This document shows, one piece after another, positions 18,534 through 28,036 of a stretch of 48,247 nucleotides of DNA; position 1 is the first letter of the stretch, and each line of letters opens with the position of its first letter. This DNA is from Microbacterium sp. (lineage in GTDB: Bacteria; Actinomycetota; Actinomycetes; Actinomycetales; Microbacteriaceae): assembly GCA_035274105.1 (NCBI GenBank), contig DATEOM010000412.1:1-48247 (forward strand). Direction: 5' to 3'. Position numbers and translations under genes: made by a program. The notes beneath the pieces were generated by a model. It was not told the DNA's origin and ran no database searches. It saw only the letters and a program-made list of their open reading frames with translations.

Positions 18534-21500
18534 TCAGCGCGTGATCTCGATCAGCAGTCCGACCGGCCCTCTGAGCCCCGCAATCAGTGGCGCGGCATTC
18601 GTCTCGAACACCTGGGTCATCGGGGCGAAGATCTCACCGGACGGGACGGATGCCTCGGCGATGAGCCGATTGCGCCACGGAGTCGCGATCTCGACCTCGA
18701 GCACGTTGTGACCCGCCCTCATCGCCGCGGTCACCTCGACGCGGAACGGCGCCGTCCACGCGATCCCGCATTCGACCCCGTTGAGGATCACCCGCGCGAC
18801 GTCGCCGACGTGGCCGAGATCGAGGTCGATCCGCGCGTCGTCCGGCGGGGCCGCGTGCTCGAACCTCGTGCGGTAGACCGCCGTTCCCGAGAAGGCGCGC
18901 GCCTCGTCGTCGAGATCGGTCCAGAGCACCGGCCCGTGGGGCAGCGCGACCGGCGCCCGGCCGGGGATCTCCAGCGTCCACTCGCTCTCGATGGGTTGAC
19001 GGACGACGGATGCCGCGCCCCCGGCGGCAGCGGAGCCGTCGGGCACCACGAACACCGAGCCGAAAGGCGCCAGCGAGACCTCGAACGTGCGACGCCGGCC
19101 CGTGGCCCCGGCGTCGACGAGCGGCGCCGTGCGGAGGGTGACCGGGTCCCACGAGGTGAGTCCGGCCACCTCATCGGCCACGAGGATCCGCGCGTGCACG
19201 GCCTCGGCGGACGGGTTCGCGAGGAATGTGATCCGCCGCCCCCCGACCACCCGGGCGATGGTGCGCAGCCGGGCCCCGACGATCTCGAGCTCCGGCGCGA
19301 TGCCCAGCTCGCCGAGCGCCGCGGCCAGGTCTGCCGTGGGCAGGATGCGGGGGTGCGCCCAGATCTCGTCGCAGAGCCGTGCGAACTCGTGCTCGTCGTC
19401 GGCGAGTGAAGGCGACCGCTCGGGCTGCACCCCTACGACCGTCGCTCCCGCCTCGAGCAGCGCGGAGATCCGGCGCAGCGTCTCGTTCGTCAGGCGCCGA
19501 CTCGAGCCGCCGAGGTGGAGCACCCGGTAGCGCGCGCCGTGCGCGACGAGCGCCCCGTCCTCCACCCGCAGCAGCGCCAGCGCGTCCGCCCCGACGTAGT
19601 CGAAGTCGAAGCCGTCCGGCACGGTCGTGTCGAAGCCGGCGTCGTAGAGGCCCGTCACCGGCGCCTCCTCGCCGACGAAGACGGCGACGTCGACGGCGGG
19701 CTCACCGGACGACAGCACGGCCGAGCACCGCGCGAGGTAGTCGATCCACGGGCGTGCCATGCTCGCCCAGGTCTCGTTCGCAGTGAACGCCTGTCCGAGG
19801 AACGGCGCGAGCGCGACGCCCGGCGGCGGCGCGGTCAACGGCTGGTGCGGCGACGTGTGGATGCAGAAGCGCGTCACGCCGAGCGCGAGCTGCAGGTCGG
19901 CGACGTGCTTGAGGCTCCGCGGCGACGAGGCCCACGGGCGGTCGAAGCTCGTGAACGCCTCGGCGCCCGTCCACCGCTTGCCGTGCACGTGCGCGACGGA
20001 TGCTGCGCCCTTGAGGTCCGCGACATACGTCGGCCGCGGACCGGCTTCGGGATCGAACGTCCACATAGCGCCCATCGGCACGTCGGCGTGCGCCCGCACC
20101 GCCAGGTCGTCGCCGAGCTGCGGCCGCCCGTCCTCGAGCGCCTCCGCGTAGTACGTCATGCCGCGGCGGTGCACCTCGGCGGCGAGGGTTCCGTAGTACT
20201 CGGTCGCGAGCAGCTCCGCGAGCGTCCGACGGTAGTCGTAGAGGAATCGATCGGATGCCTCGGCCCCGCCCACGAGATACCCCGCGAGCGTCGGCAGCCA
20301 GGGCGTCGGGTCGTAGCCGCGGAGGTCACGGAAGCGCTCGAGGATCCCGTCGGTCCAGTTCTGCGCCCCCGCCTCGATGCTGTCGCTGAGCAGGGCGTCG
20401 TAGCGACCGGGTGCGAACCGCTCGAGATGGCGCTCGAGGTACGCCGCAACGCGGCCGCCGTCGAGCTTGTCGACTTCCAGTCCGGTGGCGTCGGGCAGTG
20501 CGGGACCGTTGGTCTGGCCGGTGAGTGATGCCCCGATCCGCAGCACGCGCCAGCGCCCCGGCGGGGCGTCCCACGTGAGGCGGTCGCCGTCGACGTGGGG
20601 GGTGAGGTCGTGGATCTCCGACGGAGCGGGGGAAGCAGCATCCAGTGCGGGAATCGTGTCGATCGCGAAGTAGTCGGGGGTGACGCCGAAGCCGGCCTTC
20701 ACCTCGGCCTGGTGCACTCGAGCGCCGGTGCGCAGCGCGAACTCCGAGACGAGGAAGGCGTCGCTGCGGCGCAGCACCGGCGGCAGCCGCACGCCGTCGG
20801 CGACGGGCGGGAGCGCATCGGCGGCGCTCGCGCCCGACAGCACCAGCCGGAAGCGGCGACCCGTGACCGGGGCGAACGTCGCAGATCTCGCCGGCGCCGT
20901 CGAGGCGGGCAGCGTGACGATGTCGCGGTAGGCGACGCCGTCGTCGCTCACCTGCAGCACCGCCTCGGGCGGAGGCGCGGAGCCGAACCCGCGCGGCCCG
21001 GGAAGGCCGAGCGTCACCGAGCGGATCGTGACGGACTCGTCGAAGTCGAGCTCGAGCCAGGCCGACGACCACGCGTCGGGATCTCGGGGGAGCGCGATGG
21101 CGCCGTCGAATGAGCCGTCGACGAGCCGGTCCACGTCGGCGACGGGCGCGGAGCCGTGCACCCGGTCCGGCCGGAGCGTCTCCTGGGCCGGTGCAGCGGG
21201 CAGGGCCACCACGCGCCAATCCACCGCCCATGGCTCATGGGAGTCCGCGCCGGGGCGCGGTGAGTCCTGGAACGTGCCGGCGACCGCCGGCAGCGGCGGG
21301 AGCTCGACGACGCGGCGCTCGCCGCCGTCGATGACGCACTCCGACCACACCAGCTTCTTCATGGCGTCGCCGGGCCTCACCCACGGACCGCCCGAAGCGC
21401 TCCAGCCCGACGACGTCGCGACGGCGAGCTCGAGGCCGAGGGCGGACGCCGTGCGCGACGTCGTCCCGATCGCCTCGTGCCAGGCGTCCGTTCCTGGCCG

Positions 21501-21737
21501 CACCGGTTCGGGCACGACGAGGGGAACCCCCATGCCGCCGTCGAAGAGCTGCACACCGCGCACGCCGACATCGTGCAGCCAGGTCAGATCCCGCACGATG
21601 CCGGCGGGATCGATGTTGCCGTCCATCCAGTGCCACCAGGCGCGCGGGCGCGCCTCGTCGGGCGGGTCGACGAAGTTCTGCCACAGGAAGGAGAGGCCCT
21701 CGGGCGCGCTCGACGATGACTCGGCCACGTTCCTCAT
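18534..21737 (-). CDS. GH106 alpha-L-rhamnosidase-like glycosidase
   Basis: F.DPPDEARPRAWWHWMDGNI...GVQLFD, SGWSASGGPWV..DAMKKLVWSE, GLEVDKL, DSIEAGAQNWT, AASVAHVHG...AEAFT, C-terminal DLGHVGDVARVILNG. Start codon uncertain (21737 or 21728). Confidence 0.85.
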   Translation of the reverse strand: MRNVAESSSSAPEGLSFLWQNFVDPPDEARPRAWWHWMDGNIDPAGIVRDLTWLHDVGVRGVQLFDGGMGVPLVVPEPVRPGTDAWHEAIGTTSRTASALGLELAVATSSGWSASGGPWVRPGDAMKKLVWSECVIDGGERRVVELPPLPAVAGTFQDSPRPGADSHEPWAVDWRVVALPAAPAQETLRPDRVHGSAPVADVDRLVDGSFDGAIALPRDPDAWSSAWLELDFDESVTIRSVTLGLPGPRGFGSAPPPEAVLQVSDDGVAYRDIVTLPASTAPARSATFAPVTGRRFRLVLSGASAADALPPVADGVRLPPVLRRSDAFLVSEFALRTGARVHQAEVKAGFGVTPDYFAIDTIPALDAASPAPSEIHDLTPHVDGDRLTWDAPPGRWRVLRIGASLTGQTNGPALPDATGLEVDKLDGGRVAAYLERHLERFAPGRYDALLSDSIEAGAQNWTDGILERFRDLRGYDPTPWLPTLAGYLVGGAEASDRFLYDYRRTLAELLATEYYGTLAAEVHRRGMTYYAEALEDGRPQLGDDLAVRAHADVPMGAMWTFDPEAGPRPTYVADLKGAASVAHVHGKRWTGAEAFTSFDRPWASSPRSLKHVADLQLALGVTRFCIHTSPHQPLTAPPPGVALAPFLGQAFTANETWASMARPWIDYLARCSAVLSSGEPAVDVAVFVGEEAPVTGLYDAGFDTTVPDGFDFDYVGADALALLRVEDGALVAHGARYRVLHLGGSSRRLTNETLRRISALLEAGATVVGVQPERSPSLADDEHEFARLCDEIWAHPRILPTADLAAALGELGIAPELEIVGARLRTIARVVGGRRITFLANPSAEAVHARILVADEVAGLTSWDPVTLRTAPLVDAGATGRRRTFEVSLAPFGSVFVVPDGSAAAGGAASVVRQPIESEWTLEIPGRAPVALPHGPVLWTDLDDEARAFSGTAVYRTRFEHAAPPDDARIDLDLGHVGDVARVILNGVECGIAWTAPFRVEVTAAMRAGHNVLEVEIATPWRNRLIAEASVPSGEIFAPMTQVFETNAAPLIAGLRGPVGLLIEITR

Positions 21738-21775
21738 CCTGCGCGAGGAACGGCGTGCGACGGGGTCCCGAACCA

Positions 21776-21820
21776 CTTATATCCGGTATTGCCAGAACTA
21801 ATGTGTGCTTCCGACACAAG
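21776..21820. promoter_or_regulatory. Candidate tandem ROK operators in a divergent promoter
   Basis: CTAATGT-N9-ACACAAG at 21798-21820, preceded by a weaker CTTATAT-N9-CCAGAAC at 21776. Confidence 0.55.
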
Positions 21821-21882
21821 TGTGTGATAGTGGCTGTGACGCCGCCGGTGAAGGGGCGCATGACGACGAGGTCAGAGAGTAG

Positions 21883-22845
21883 ATGACAGTGACGATCGAG
21901 CGAGACGCGACGCGCACCCTCACGGTGCCACCCGAAGCCCGACGCACGCCGCGCCCGCGCGGCGGCCGCCGCCCGCTGATCAGCTACGGACACTGGTGGT
22001 GGGCCCTTCCGGCCATCATCCTCGTCATCGCGGTCCACTATGCGGCGACGCTCACCGGAGGGTTCTTCGCCTTCACGAACTGGACCGGCCTCGGCGACTG
22101 GGAGTTCATCGGCCTCGACAACTTCGTGCGGATCTTCAACGACCCGCTCATGGTCGGCGCCGTGATCAACACCCTCTTCCTCGCGTTCGGCTCCGTCATC
22201 CTGACGAACATCCTCGGGCTCGGCTTCGCCCTGGCCATCAACCGCACGCTGAAGACCCGTTACATCCTGCGGACGCTGCTCTTCATGCCCGTCGTGCTGA
22301 GCCCGCTCGCCGTCGCGTACGTCTGGAAGTTCATCTTCCAGTTCAATGGCCCGCTCAACGGCTTCCTCGCCGCGATCGGCCTCGAAGAGATGCAGAAGGT
22401 CTGGCTCGCAGACCCGACCTGGTCGATCTGGGCGATCCTGCTCACGGTCGTCTGGCAGCAGACCGGCTTCGTCATGGTGATCTACCTGGCCGGCCTCGCC
22501 TCGGTGCCGGTCGAGCTCGAAGAGGCGGCCGCGCTCGACGGTGCCGGCGTCTTCAAGCGGTTCTGGCACGTCACGGTCCCCGGCATCCGTCCCTCCATCG
22601 CGATCGCGACGACCCTCGGCATCATCCAGGGCCTGCGGATCTTCGACCAGATCCTCGCGCTCACGGCCGGCGGTCCGGCCGGCGCCACCGAGACCCTCGC
22701 GACCCAGGTGTACAAGCAGGCGTTCTCGCTCGGCCAGTTCGGCTTCGGCTCGGCGCTCGCGCTCGTGCTGACCCTCATCATCCTCGTCTTCGCGATCCTC
22801 CAGCAGTACGCGACGCGCGACCGCGACGCCGCTCGAAAGGCCTGA
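21883..22845 (+). CDS. Carbohydrate ABC transporter permease (MalF-like)
   Basis: FIGLDNF, multiple TM helices, EAA loop ELEEAAALDGAG. Confidence 0.92.
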   Translation: MTVTIERDATRTLTVPPEARRTPRPRGGRRPLISYGHWWWALPAIILVIAVHYAATLTGGFFAFTNWTGLGDWEFIGLDNFVRIFNDPLMVGAVINTLFLAFGSVILTNILGLGFALAINRTLKTRYILRTLLFMPVVLSPLAVAYVWKFIFQFNGPLNGFLAAIGLEEMQKVWLADPTWSIWAILLTVVWQQTGFVMVIYLAGLASVPVELEEAAALDGAGVFKRFWHVTVPGIRPSIAIATTLGIIQGLRIFDQILALTAGGPAGATETLATQVYKQAFSLGQFGFGSALALVLTLIILVFAILQQYATRDRDAARKA

Positions 22846-22846
22846 C

Positions 22847-23683
22847 ATGTTCCGCTACACCAAGCTCACCGCGGTGCGGGAAGTCCTCATCTGGATCATC
22901 ACGATCATCGGGCTGCTGCCCTTCTACTTCCTGATCGCCACTGCCTTCAAGACCGACCAGGAGGCGCTGACCACGAGCGCCATGGCGCCGCCCCAGTCGC
23001 TCGACTTCAACGCGTTCATCGAGGTCCTGACCACCGGCGGACGCAACAGCATCCCGATGGCGATCCTCAACAGCGCGATCATCACGGCGGGCGCCATCTT
23101 CGGGCTGGTGCTCTTCGGCTCGGTCGCCGCCTACGTCATCACCCGTCGCACCCGCGCGTGGACGAACCTGACCTTCTACCTCGTGCTCATCGCGATCATC
23201 CTGCCGGCGCAGCTGGGCACCGTGCCGCTCTACATCGGAGCCCGGTCCGTCGGCCTCACCGGCAACGCGATCGGCATGATCCTGCTGTGGATCGGCATCC
23301 TGCTGCCGTTGTCGGTGTTCCTCTACGCCAGCTTCTTCCGGGGCCTCACGACCGAGTACGAGGAAGCCGCCGTCATCGACGGAGCCTCGCCGACCCAGGC
23401 GTTCTTCCGGGTGGTGCTCCCGCTCATGGCCCCGGCCACCGGCACGGTCGCGATCCTCGCGGGTCTCATCGTCTGGAACGACTTCTTCAACTCGCTGATC
23501 TTCCTGGGCGGCTCGACGACCCAGACGCTGCCCGTCGCGATGTACACGTACGTCGGCGGCCTCGTATCGGCGTGGAACAAGATCTTCGCCGTCGTGATCA
23601 TCTCGATGATCCCGATCCTGCTCTTCTACATGTTCGCCCAGAAGAAGTTCATCCAGGGCTTCGCCGGCGGCCTGAAGGGCTGA
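22847..23683 (+). CDS. Carbohydrate ABC transporter permease (MalG-like)
   Basis: EYEEAAVIDGAS, WNDF, QTLPV, QKKFIQGFAGGLKG. Confidence 0.92.
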   Translation: MFRYTKLTAVREVLIWIITIIGLLPFYFLIATAFKTDQEALTTSAMAPPQSLDFNAFIEVLTTGGRNSIPMAILNSAIITAGAIFGLVLFGSVAAYVITRRTRAWTNLTFYLVLIAIILPAQLGTVPLYIGARSVGLTGNAIGMILLWIGILLPLSVFLYASFFRGLTTEYEEAAVIDGASPTQAFFRVVLPLMAPATGTVAILAGLIVWNDFFNSLIFLGGSTTQTLPVAMYTYVGGLVSAWNKIFAVVIISMIPILLFYMFAQKKFIQGFAGGLKG

Positions 23684-23697
23684 GAGGCCGATCCGCC

Positions 23698-24072
23698 GTG
23701 GGCGCCGACAACCGCGCGGCGTTCGAGATGTTCGTCGACCTCTTCTACACGCAGAAGCGTGTGGCGGATGCGTTCGCCTTCCTCGTCTCGGACGACTACA
23801 TCCAGCACAACCCCACGATCGGCGACGGCCCCGGGCCGGCGATCGAGATGCTCACCCCGAAGTTCGACGGATCGCCCGATGCGACGTTCGACATCCAGCG
23901 CATCCTCGTGGACGGCGACCTCGCCATGGTGCACGTGAAAGCCTCCCGACCCGGCGCTGCGGACGCCGCGGTCGCGGACATCTACCGATTCGAGGACGGC
24001 CGGATCGTCGAGCACTGGGACGTGCTGCAGCAGGTCCCCGTGCATGCCGTCCACGACCACCCGATGTTCTGA
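23698..24072 (+). CDS. SnoaL-like/NTF2-fold protein
   Basis: DDYIQHNP, DGDLAMVH, DIYRFEDGRIVEHWDVLQ. GTG start after GAGG. Confidence 0.8.
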   Translation: MGADNRAAFEMFVDLFYTQKRVADAFAFLVSDDYIQHNPTIGDGPGPAIEMLTPKFDGSPDATFDIQRILVDGDLAMVHVKASRPGAADAAVADIYRFEDGRIVEHWDVLQQVPVHAVHDHPMF

Positions 24073-24110
24073 CCCCTCGACACGCTCGGGGACCGAGAGA
24101 AGGCTCACCC

Positions 24111-24905
24111 ATGTATCAGCTCGCACCCAACATCGAACTCCTCTTCACGGAGGCCGGCGACTACCACGACCGCGTGCGCGCGGCCGCCGCGGCGGGGTTC
24201 GACGCCGTCGAGATGTGGGGCCCCACCGGGGTGGACGCCCCGGCGACGCCCAAGGATCTGCCGGCGCTCAAGGCCGCGCTCGAAGAGACCGGCACGCAGC
24301 TGACCGCCCAGCTCGCGGAGCCCCGCACGCAGTTCATGATCCCGCCGTGGGACCACTCGGAGTTCTTCCGCAAGCTCGACGAGGGCGTCGCGATCGCCAC
24401 CGACCTCGGCTGCCCCCGCATCGTCGTCGGCAGCGGCACGGGCTTCGGCGGCTGGAAGCGTCAGGTGCAGCTCGACAAGCTCATCGAGATCTACCAGAAG
24501 GCCATCGCACAGATCGACGGCTCGGGCGTCACGCTCGTGCTCGAGCCGGTCAACGTGCGCGTCGACCACCCCGGCTCGCTCCTGGACCGCACCGCCGAGG
24601 CGGTCTACGTCGCCCGCGGCGTCGCGTCCCCGCGGTTCGGCGTGCTCTACGACATCTACCACTCGGCCGTCGAGGGCGAGGACATGGCCGTCGAACTCGC
24701 CAACGCGGGCGACCTCGTGAAGTACGTCCAGCTCGCCGACGCCCCCGGCCGCGGCGAACCGGGCACCGGCGACCTCGACTGGGCGGAGCGCTTCGGCATC
24801 CTCCGCGCCAACGGCTACGACGGGCCGGTCGGCCTCGAGTACTACCCGACCGTCGAGTCCGCAGCATCCGTCGCCCTCATCCGTGAGCTGGCGGTCACGG
24901 CATGA
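24111..24905 (+). CDS. Hydroxypyruvate-isomerase-like TIM-barrel sugar isomerase
   Basis: NIELLFTE, AAAAGFDAVEMW, LEPVN, YDIYH, QLADAPGRGEPGTG, GLEYYP. Confidence 0.85.
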   Translation: MYQLAPNIELLFTEAGDYHDRVRAAAAAGFDAVEMWGPTGVDAPATPKDLPALKAALEETGTQLTAQLAEPRTQFMIPPWDHSEFFRKLDEGVAIATDLGCPRIVVGSGTGFGGWKRQVQLDKLIEIYQKAIAQIDGSGVTLVLEPVNVRVDHPGSLLDRTAEAVYVARGVASPRFGVLYDIYHSAVEGEDMAVELANAGDLVKYVQLADAPGRGEPGTGDLDWAERFGILRANGYDGPVGLEYYPTVESAASVALIRELAVTA

Positions 24906-26425
24906 GCCGCTATCCCGCCTCGGTCGACGTCGCGATCGTCGGCAGCGGTCCTGCCGGTGCGACATACGCGCGCATCCTGAGCGAGGAGGCGCCGGATGCC
25001 TCGATCGCGATGTTCGAGGTCGGACCCACGGTCTCCGACCCGCCGGGTGCGCACGTGAAGAACATCGAAGACGCCGGGCTCCGCGTCCGGGCGCAGGAGC
25101 GCTCGGAGGGCCCTGGGGCGGGCGCGGCGACGGTGAATTCGCCCGGAGCGGTGAAGTCGGGTGAGCGGCGCGCGCGCCCCGGCACCTACCTCCTCGCCGA
25201 CGGCTACCAGGTCGACGGGGAGGACGGGCTTCCGGTCGCGGCGTTCTCGAGCAACGTCGGCGGCATGGCGGCCCACTGGACGGGCGCGTGCCCGCGGCCC
25301 GGCGGGAGCGAGCGCATCGCGTTCCTCGACGACCTCGACGAGCTGCTCTCCGACGGCGACCGGCTCCTCGGAGTGACGACGGATGCCTTCGACGCGGCGC
25401 CGTTCACTGCGCTCGTGCGCGACCGGCTCGCCGCCGTCGTCGACGACGGCCGCGACGACGCTGCGCGCGTGCAGCGCATGCCGCTCGCGGTGCACCGGCG
25501 CGATGACGGCCGGCTGGTGTGGTCGGGTTCGGATGTCGTCCTCGGCGACCCCACGCGTGCGAACCCACGGTTCTCGCTGTTCGACGAGTCGCTCGTGACG
25601 CGCGTGCTCGTCGAGGACGGACGCGCGGCGGGCGTCGAGGTCCGGGATCTCCGCACCGGTGAGGTGCACGAGGTGCGCGCCCGCGCCGTCGTGGTCGCCG
25701 CGGACGCGCTGCGCACCCCGCAGGTGCTGTGGGCGTCGGGCGTGCGCCCCGCCGCGCTCGGCCGCATGCTCAACGACCAGACGCAGGTGGTCTACGCCTC
25801 GCGACTGCGCGACGTCGAGCCGCCCGCAGAGGACGGGATCGCAGCATCCGGAGCCCTCTCCGAGCAGAGCGGCGTGAGCTGGGTGCCGTTCACGGACGAG
25901 ATGCCGTTCCACGGGCAGATCATGCAGCTCGACGCCTCGCCGGTGCCGCTCGCGGACGACGACCCTGTGATCCCCGGATCGATCGTCGGGCTCGGCCTGT
26001 TCTGCGCGAAGGATCTGCAGTGGGACGACCGCGTCGAGTTCTCGGACTCCGAGCAGGACTCGTACGGCATGCCCGCGATGCGGCTGCACTACACGCTCAC
26101 CGATCGGGACCACGCCGTGCTCGATCGCGCTCGGGCCGAGATCGTCGAGCTGGCCAAGGCCGTAGGCGAGCCGATCGGGGACCGGCCGTTCACCATGCCC
26201 CTCGGTGCCTCGCTGCACTACCAGGGCACGACTCGCATGGGCGAGACCGACGACGGGCAGAGCGTCTGCAGCCCCGACAGCGAGGTGTGGGGAGTGCCCG
26301 GGCTGTTCGTCGCCGGCAACGGCGTCATCCCGACCGCGACCGCGTGCAACCCCACGCTGACGTCGGTCGCGCTGGCGGTCCGCGGAGCACGCAACATCGC
26401 TCGCACCCTCATCCCCGGTCGTTGA
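24902..26425 (+). CDS. carA: FAD-dependent C-glycoside 3-oxidase / bacterial pyranose oxidase (GMC family)
   Basis: GSGPAG FAD motif, NVGGMAAHWT, SLHYQGTTRMG (catalytic His), CNPTLT (Asn). Closely resembles the actinobacterial glycoside 3-oxidases as I recall them; directly upstream of carB/carC-like genes. Confidence 0.88.
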   Translation: MSRYPASVDVAIVGSGPAGATYARILSEEAPDASIAMFEVGPTVSDPPGAHVKNIEDAGLRVRAQERSEGPGAGAATVNSPGAVKSGERRARPGTYLLADGYQVDGEDGLPVAAFSSNVGGMAAHWTGACPRPGGSERIAFLDDLDELLSDGDRLLGVTTDAFDAAPFTALVRDRLAAVVDDGRDDAARVQRMPLAVHRRDDGRLVWSGSDVVLGDPTRANPRFSLFDESLVTRVLVEDGRAAGVEVRDLRTGEVHEVRARAVVVAADALRTPQVLWASGVRPAALGRMLNDQTQVVYASRLRDVEPPAEDGIAASGALSEQSGVSWVPFTDEMPFHGQIMQLDASPVPLADDDPVIPGSIVGLGLFCAKDLQWDDRVEFSDSEQDSYGMPAMRLHYTLTDRDHAVLDRARAEIVELAKAVGEPIGDRPFTMPLGASLHYQGTTRMGETDDGQSVCSPDSEVWGVPGLFVAGNGVIPTATACNPTLTSVALAVRGARNIARTLIPGR

Positions 26426-26449
26426 GCGAGCGAAGCGAGACGAAACGCC
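26415..26449 (+). repeat. Short REP-like element overlapping the oxidase stop codon
   Basis: CCGGTCGTTGAGCGAGCGAAGCGAGACGAAACGCC, purine-rich and unlike the flanking codon pattern. Recognised as a Microbacterium-type dispersed repeat from memory; single copy in this window. Confidence 0.45.
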
Positions 26450-26471
26450 TCGAATCGAGAGCGACGTCTTG

Positions 26472-26515
26472 CTTATGTCTGATTCCGACATTAGAGTGTT
26501 GAAACAAGATTTAAG
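26472..26515. promoter_or_regulatory. Candidate tandem ROK operators (internal promoter)
   Basis: CTTATGT-N9-ACATTAG (26472-26494) and AGAGTGT-N9-ATTTAAG (26493-26515), followed by an AGGAGG RBS at 26521. Confidence 0.6.
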
Positions 26516-26531
26516 TGTCAAGGAGGACTCT

Positions 26532-26936
26532 GTGATCCCCGATCGCATCATCGAGCAGGGAACGCTCACGACCGACGGCGCCCGCGTCTCGGTCGAGGTT
26601 CGACTGCCGTGGTACCGCGCGCTGCCCGCCTCGTGCATCGGCCGCGCCACGCTCACCGTCGACGGCGTCGAGGTGCCGGCCGATTCCCTCCGCTGGGGGA
26701 TGAACGGCCAGACCTTCGCCTTCGACGAGCTCGTCCCGAACACCGAAGAGTGGTGGTTCCCCACCGACTCGGCCGTCCTGTCGGGCGATCTCGAGCTCGC
26801 CGGGGACGTCGAACACCAGGTCGAGGTCGGCCTCGTCCTGTACATCCCCTACATCGTCATCGGCGAGAACGAGGTGCTCCACATCGAGGAGCGCGACGCC
26901 AAGACCATGACTGCACGAAAGGCGGTGGCGGCGTGA
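26532..26936 (+). CDS. carC: C-glycoside deglycosidase beta subunit (DUF6379-like)
   Basis: RLPWYRALPASCI...LTVDG...EWW...LYIPYI. GTG start after AGGAGG. Confidence 0.8.
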   Translation: MIPDRIIEQGTLTTDGARVSVEVRLPWYRALPASCIGRATLTVDGVEVPADSLRWGMNGQTFAFDELVPNTEEWWFPTDSAVLSGDLELAGDVEHQVEVGLVLYIPYIVIGENEVLHIEERDAKTMTARKAVAA

Positions 26937-28036
26937 GCCTCGGCAGCCCCATCCAGGGCGTCACGCTCTACAGCTTCACCCGCGCCTTCCACGGCCGCGA
27001 GTACGACCTCGAAGGCCTCATCCGCAAGGTGGCGGCCGACGGCTACGGCCCCGGCCTCGAGATCATCGGGTTCTCGAGCTTCCGAGGCTTCCCCAAGGTC
27101 GACGACCGCTTCGCCGGCCGGTTCCGCGATCTCGTCGACGAGACCGGCCTGGTCACCACGTCGCTTGCGGTCAACGCCGACATCGGCATCCACCGCGACC
27201 GCCTGCTGAATCAGGACGAGCTGCTCGAGTACATGCGCCGGCAGATCTCGGCGGCGGCGAAGCTCGGCTTCCCGATCGCGCGCGTGCAGATCTCGATCAC
27301 GCCCGACTCGATGGAGGCGCTCGCGCCGATCGCCGAGGAATACGGCGTCACGCTCGCACTCGAGGTGCACGCCGACCAGTACGCGTCGCACCCGCGCATC
27401 CTCGCCCTCCGCGACCGCTATGAGAAGGTCGGCTCGCCGTTCCTCGGCTTCACGATGGACTGGGGCGCCACCGTCAGCGGCTTCGCTCCTTCGCTCATCG
27501 AGGCCTACCGCCGTCGCGGCGCGTCGGAGGAGCTCCTCGGCAAGGTCGTCGACCTGTGGGACGAGTTCTACCAGCAGGGTCCGCCGGCCGACCAAGCCGA
27601 TCACGGCGAGCGCTTCGGCCGCTTCATCGGTCTCGCCGCGCAGAACGGCCGCCCAGATCTCGGCATCGATTTCGGGATCAACGGCACGGGCCTATTCGGA
27701 CCCGCGCGCGTGGACGACTGGCTCGAGATCATGCCGTGGATCAAGCACGTGCACGGCAAGTTCTTCGGCATCGACGAATCAGGCGAAGAGCCCTCGGTGC
27801 CTGTCCGCGACCTCGTGAAGCTCCTCGTCGAGAACGGCTACAAAGGCGCCATCTCGAGCGAGTACGAGGGCTGGCACTGGAACTACTGGCAGTCGCCGTT
27901 CGACATCATCGCGGGCGAGCAGGCCGTGCAGCGGTCGGCCGCAGAGGCGGCAGGCTCTCGCATGACCACCGACCTTGCCGGGGCGCGGGCGCAGCTCGCC
28001 GCCTGGCTTCCCACCACGCAAGGAGCATCCGCATGA
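26933..28036 (+). CDS. carB: C-glycoside deglycosidase alpha subunit (TIM barrel)
   Basis: GVTLYSF, GPGLEIIG, EVHA, MDWG, HVHGKFFGID, SSEYEGWH. GTGA overlap with the beta gene. Confidence 0.8.
   Translation: MSLGSPIQGVTLYSFTRAFHGREYDLEGLIRKVAADGYGPGLEIIGFSSFRGFPKVDDRFAGRFRDLVDETGLVTTSLAVNADIGIHRDRLLNQDELLEYMRRQISAAAKLGFPIARVQISITPDSMEALAPIAEEYGVTLALEVHADQYASHPRILALRDRYEKVGSPFLGFTMDWGATVSGFAPSLIEAYRRRGASEELLGKVVDLWDEFYQQGPPADQADHGERFGRFIGLAAQNGRPDLGIDFGINGTGLFGPARVDDWLEIMPWIKHVHGKFFGIDESGEEPSVPVRDLVKLLVENGYKGAISSEYEGWHWNYWQSPFDIIAGEQAVQRSAAEAAGSRMTTDLAGARAQLAAWLPTTQGASA

Noticed and set aside
17089-23683. ABC transporter lacking an ATPase gene
   Set aside because: Normal for actinobacterial CUT1 sugar transporters, which share an MsiK-type ATPase encoded elsewhere.
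26469-26531. N-terminal extension of the beta subunit from TTG 26469
   Set aside because: The region is AT-rich operator/promoter-like DNA, and a strong AGGAGG RBS points to GTG 26532.
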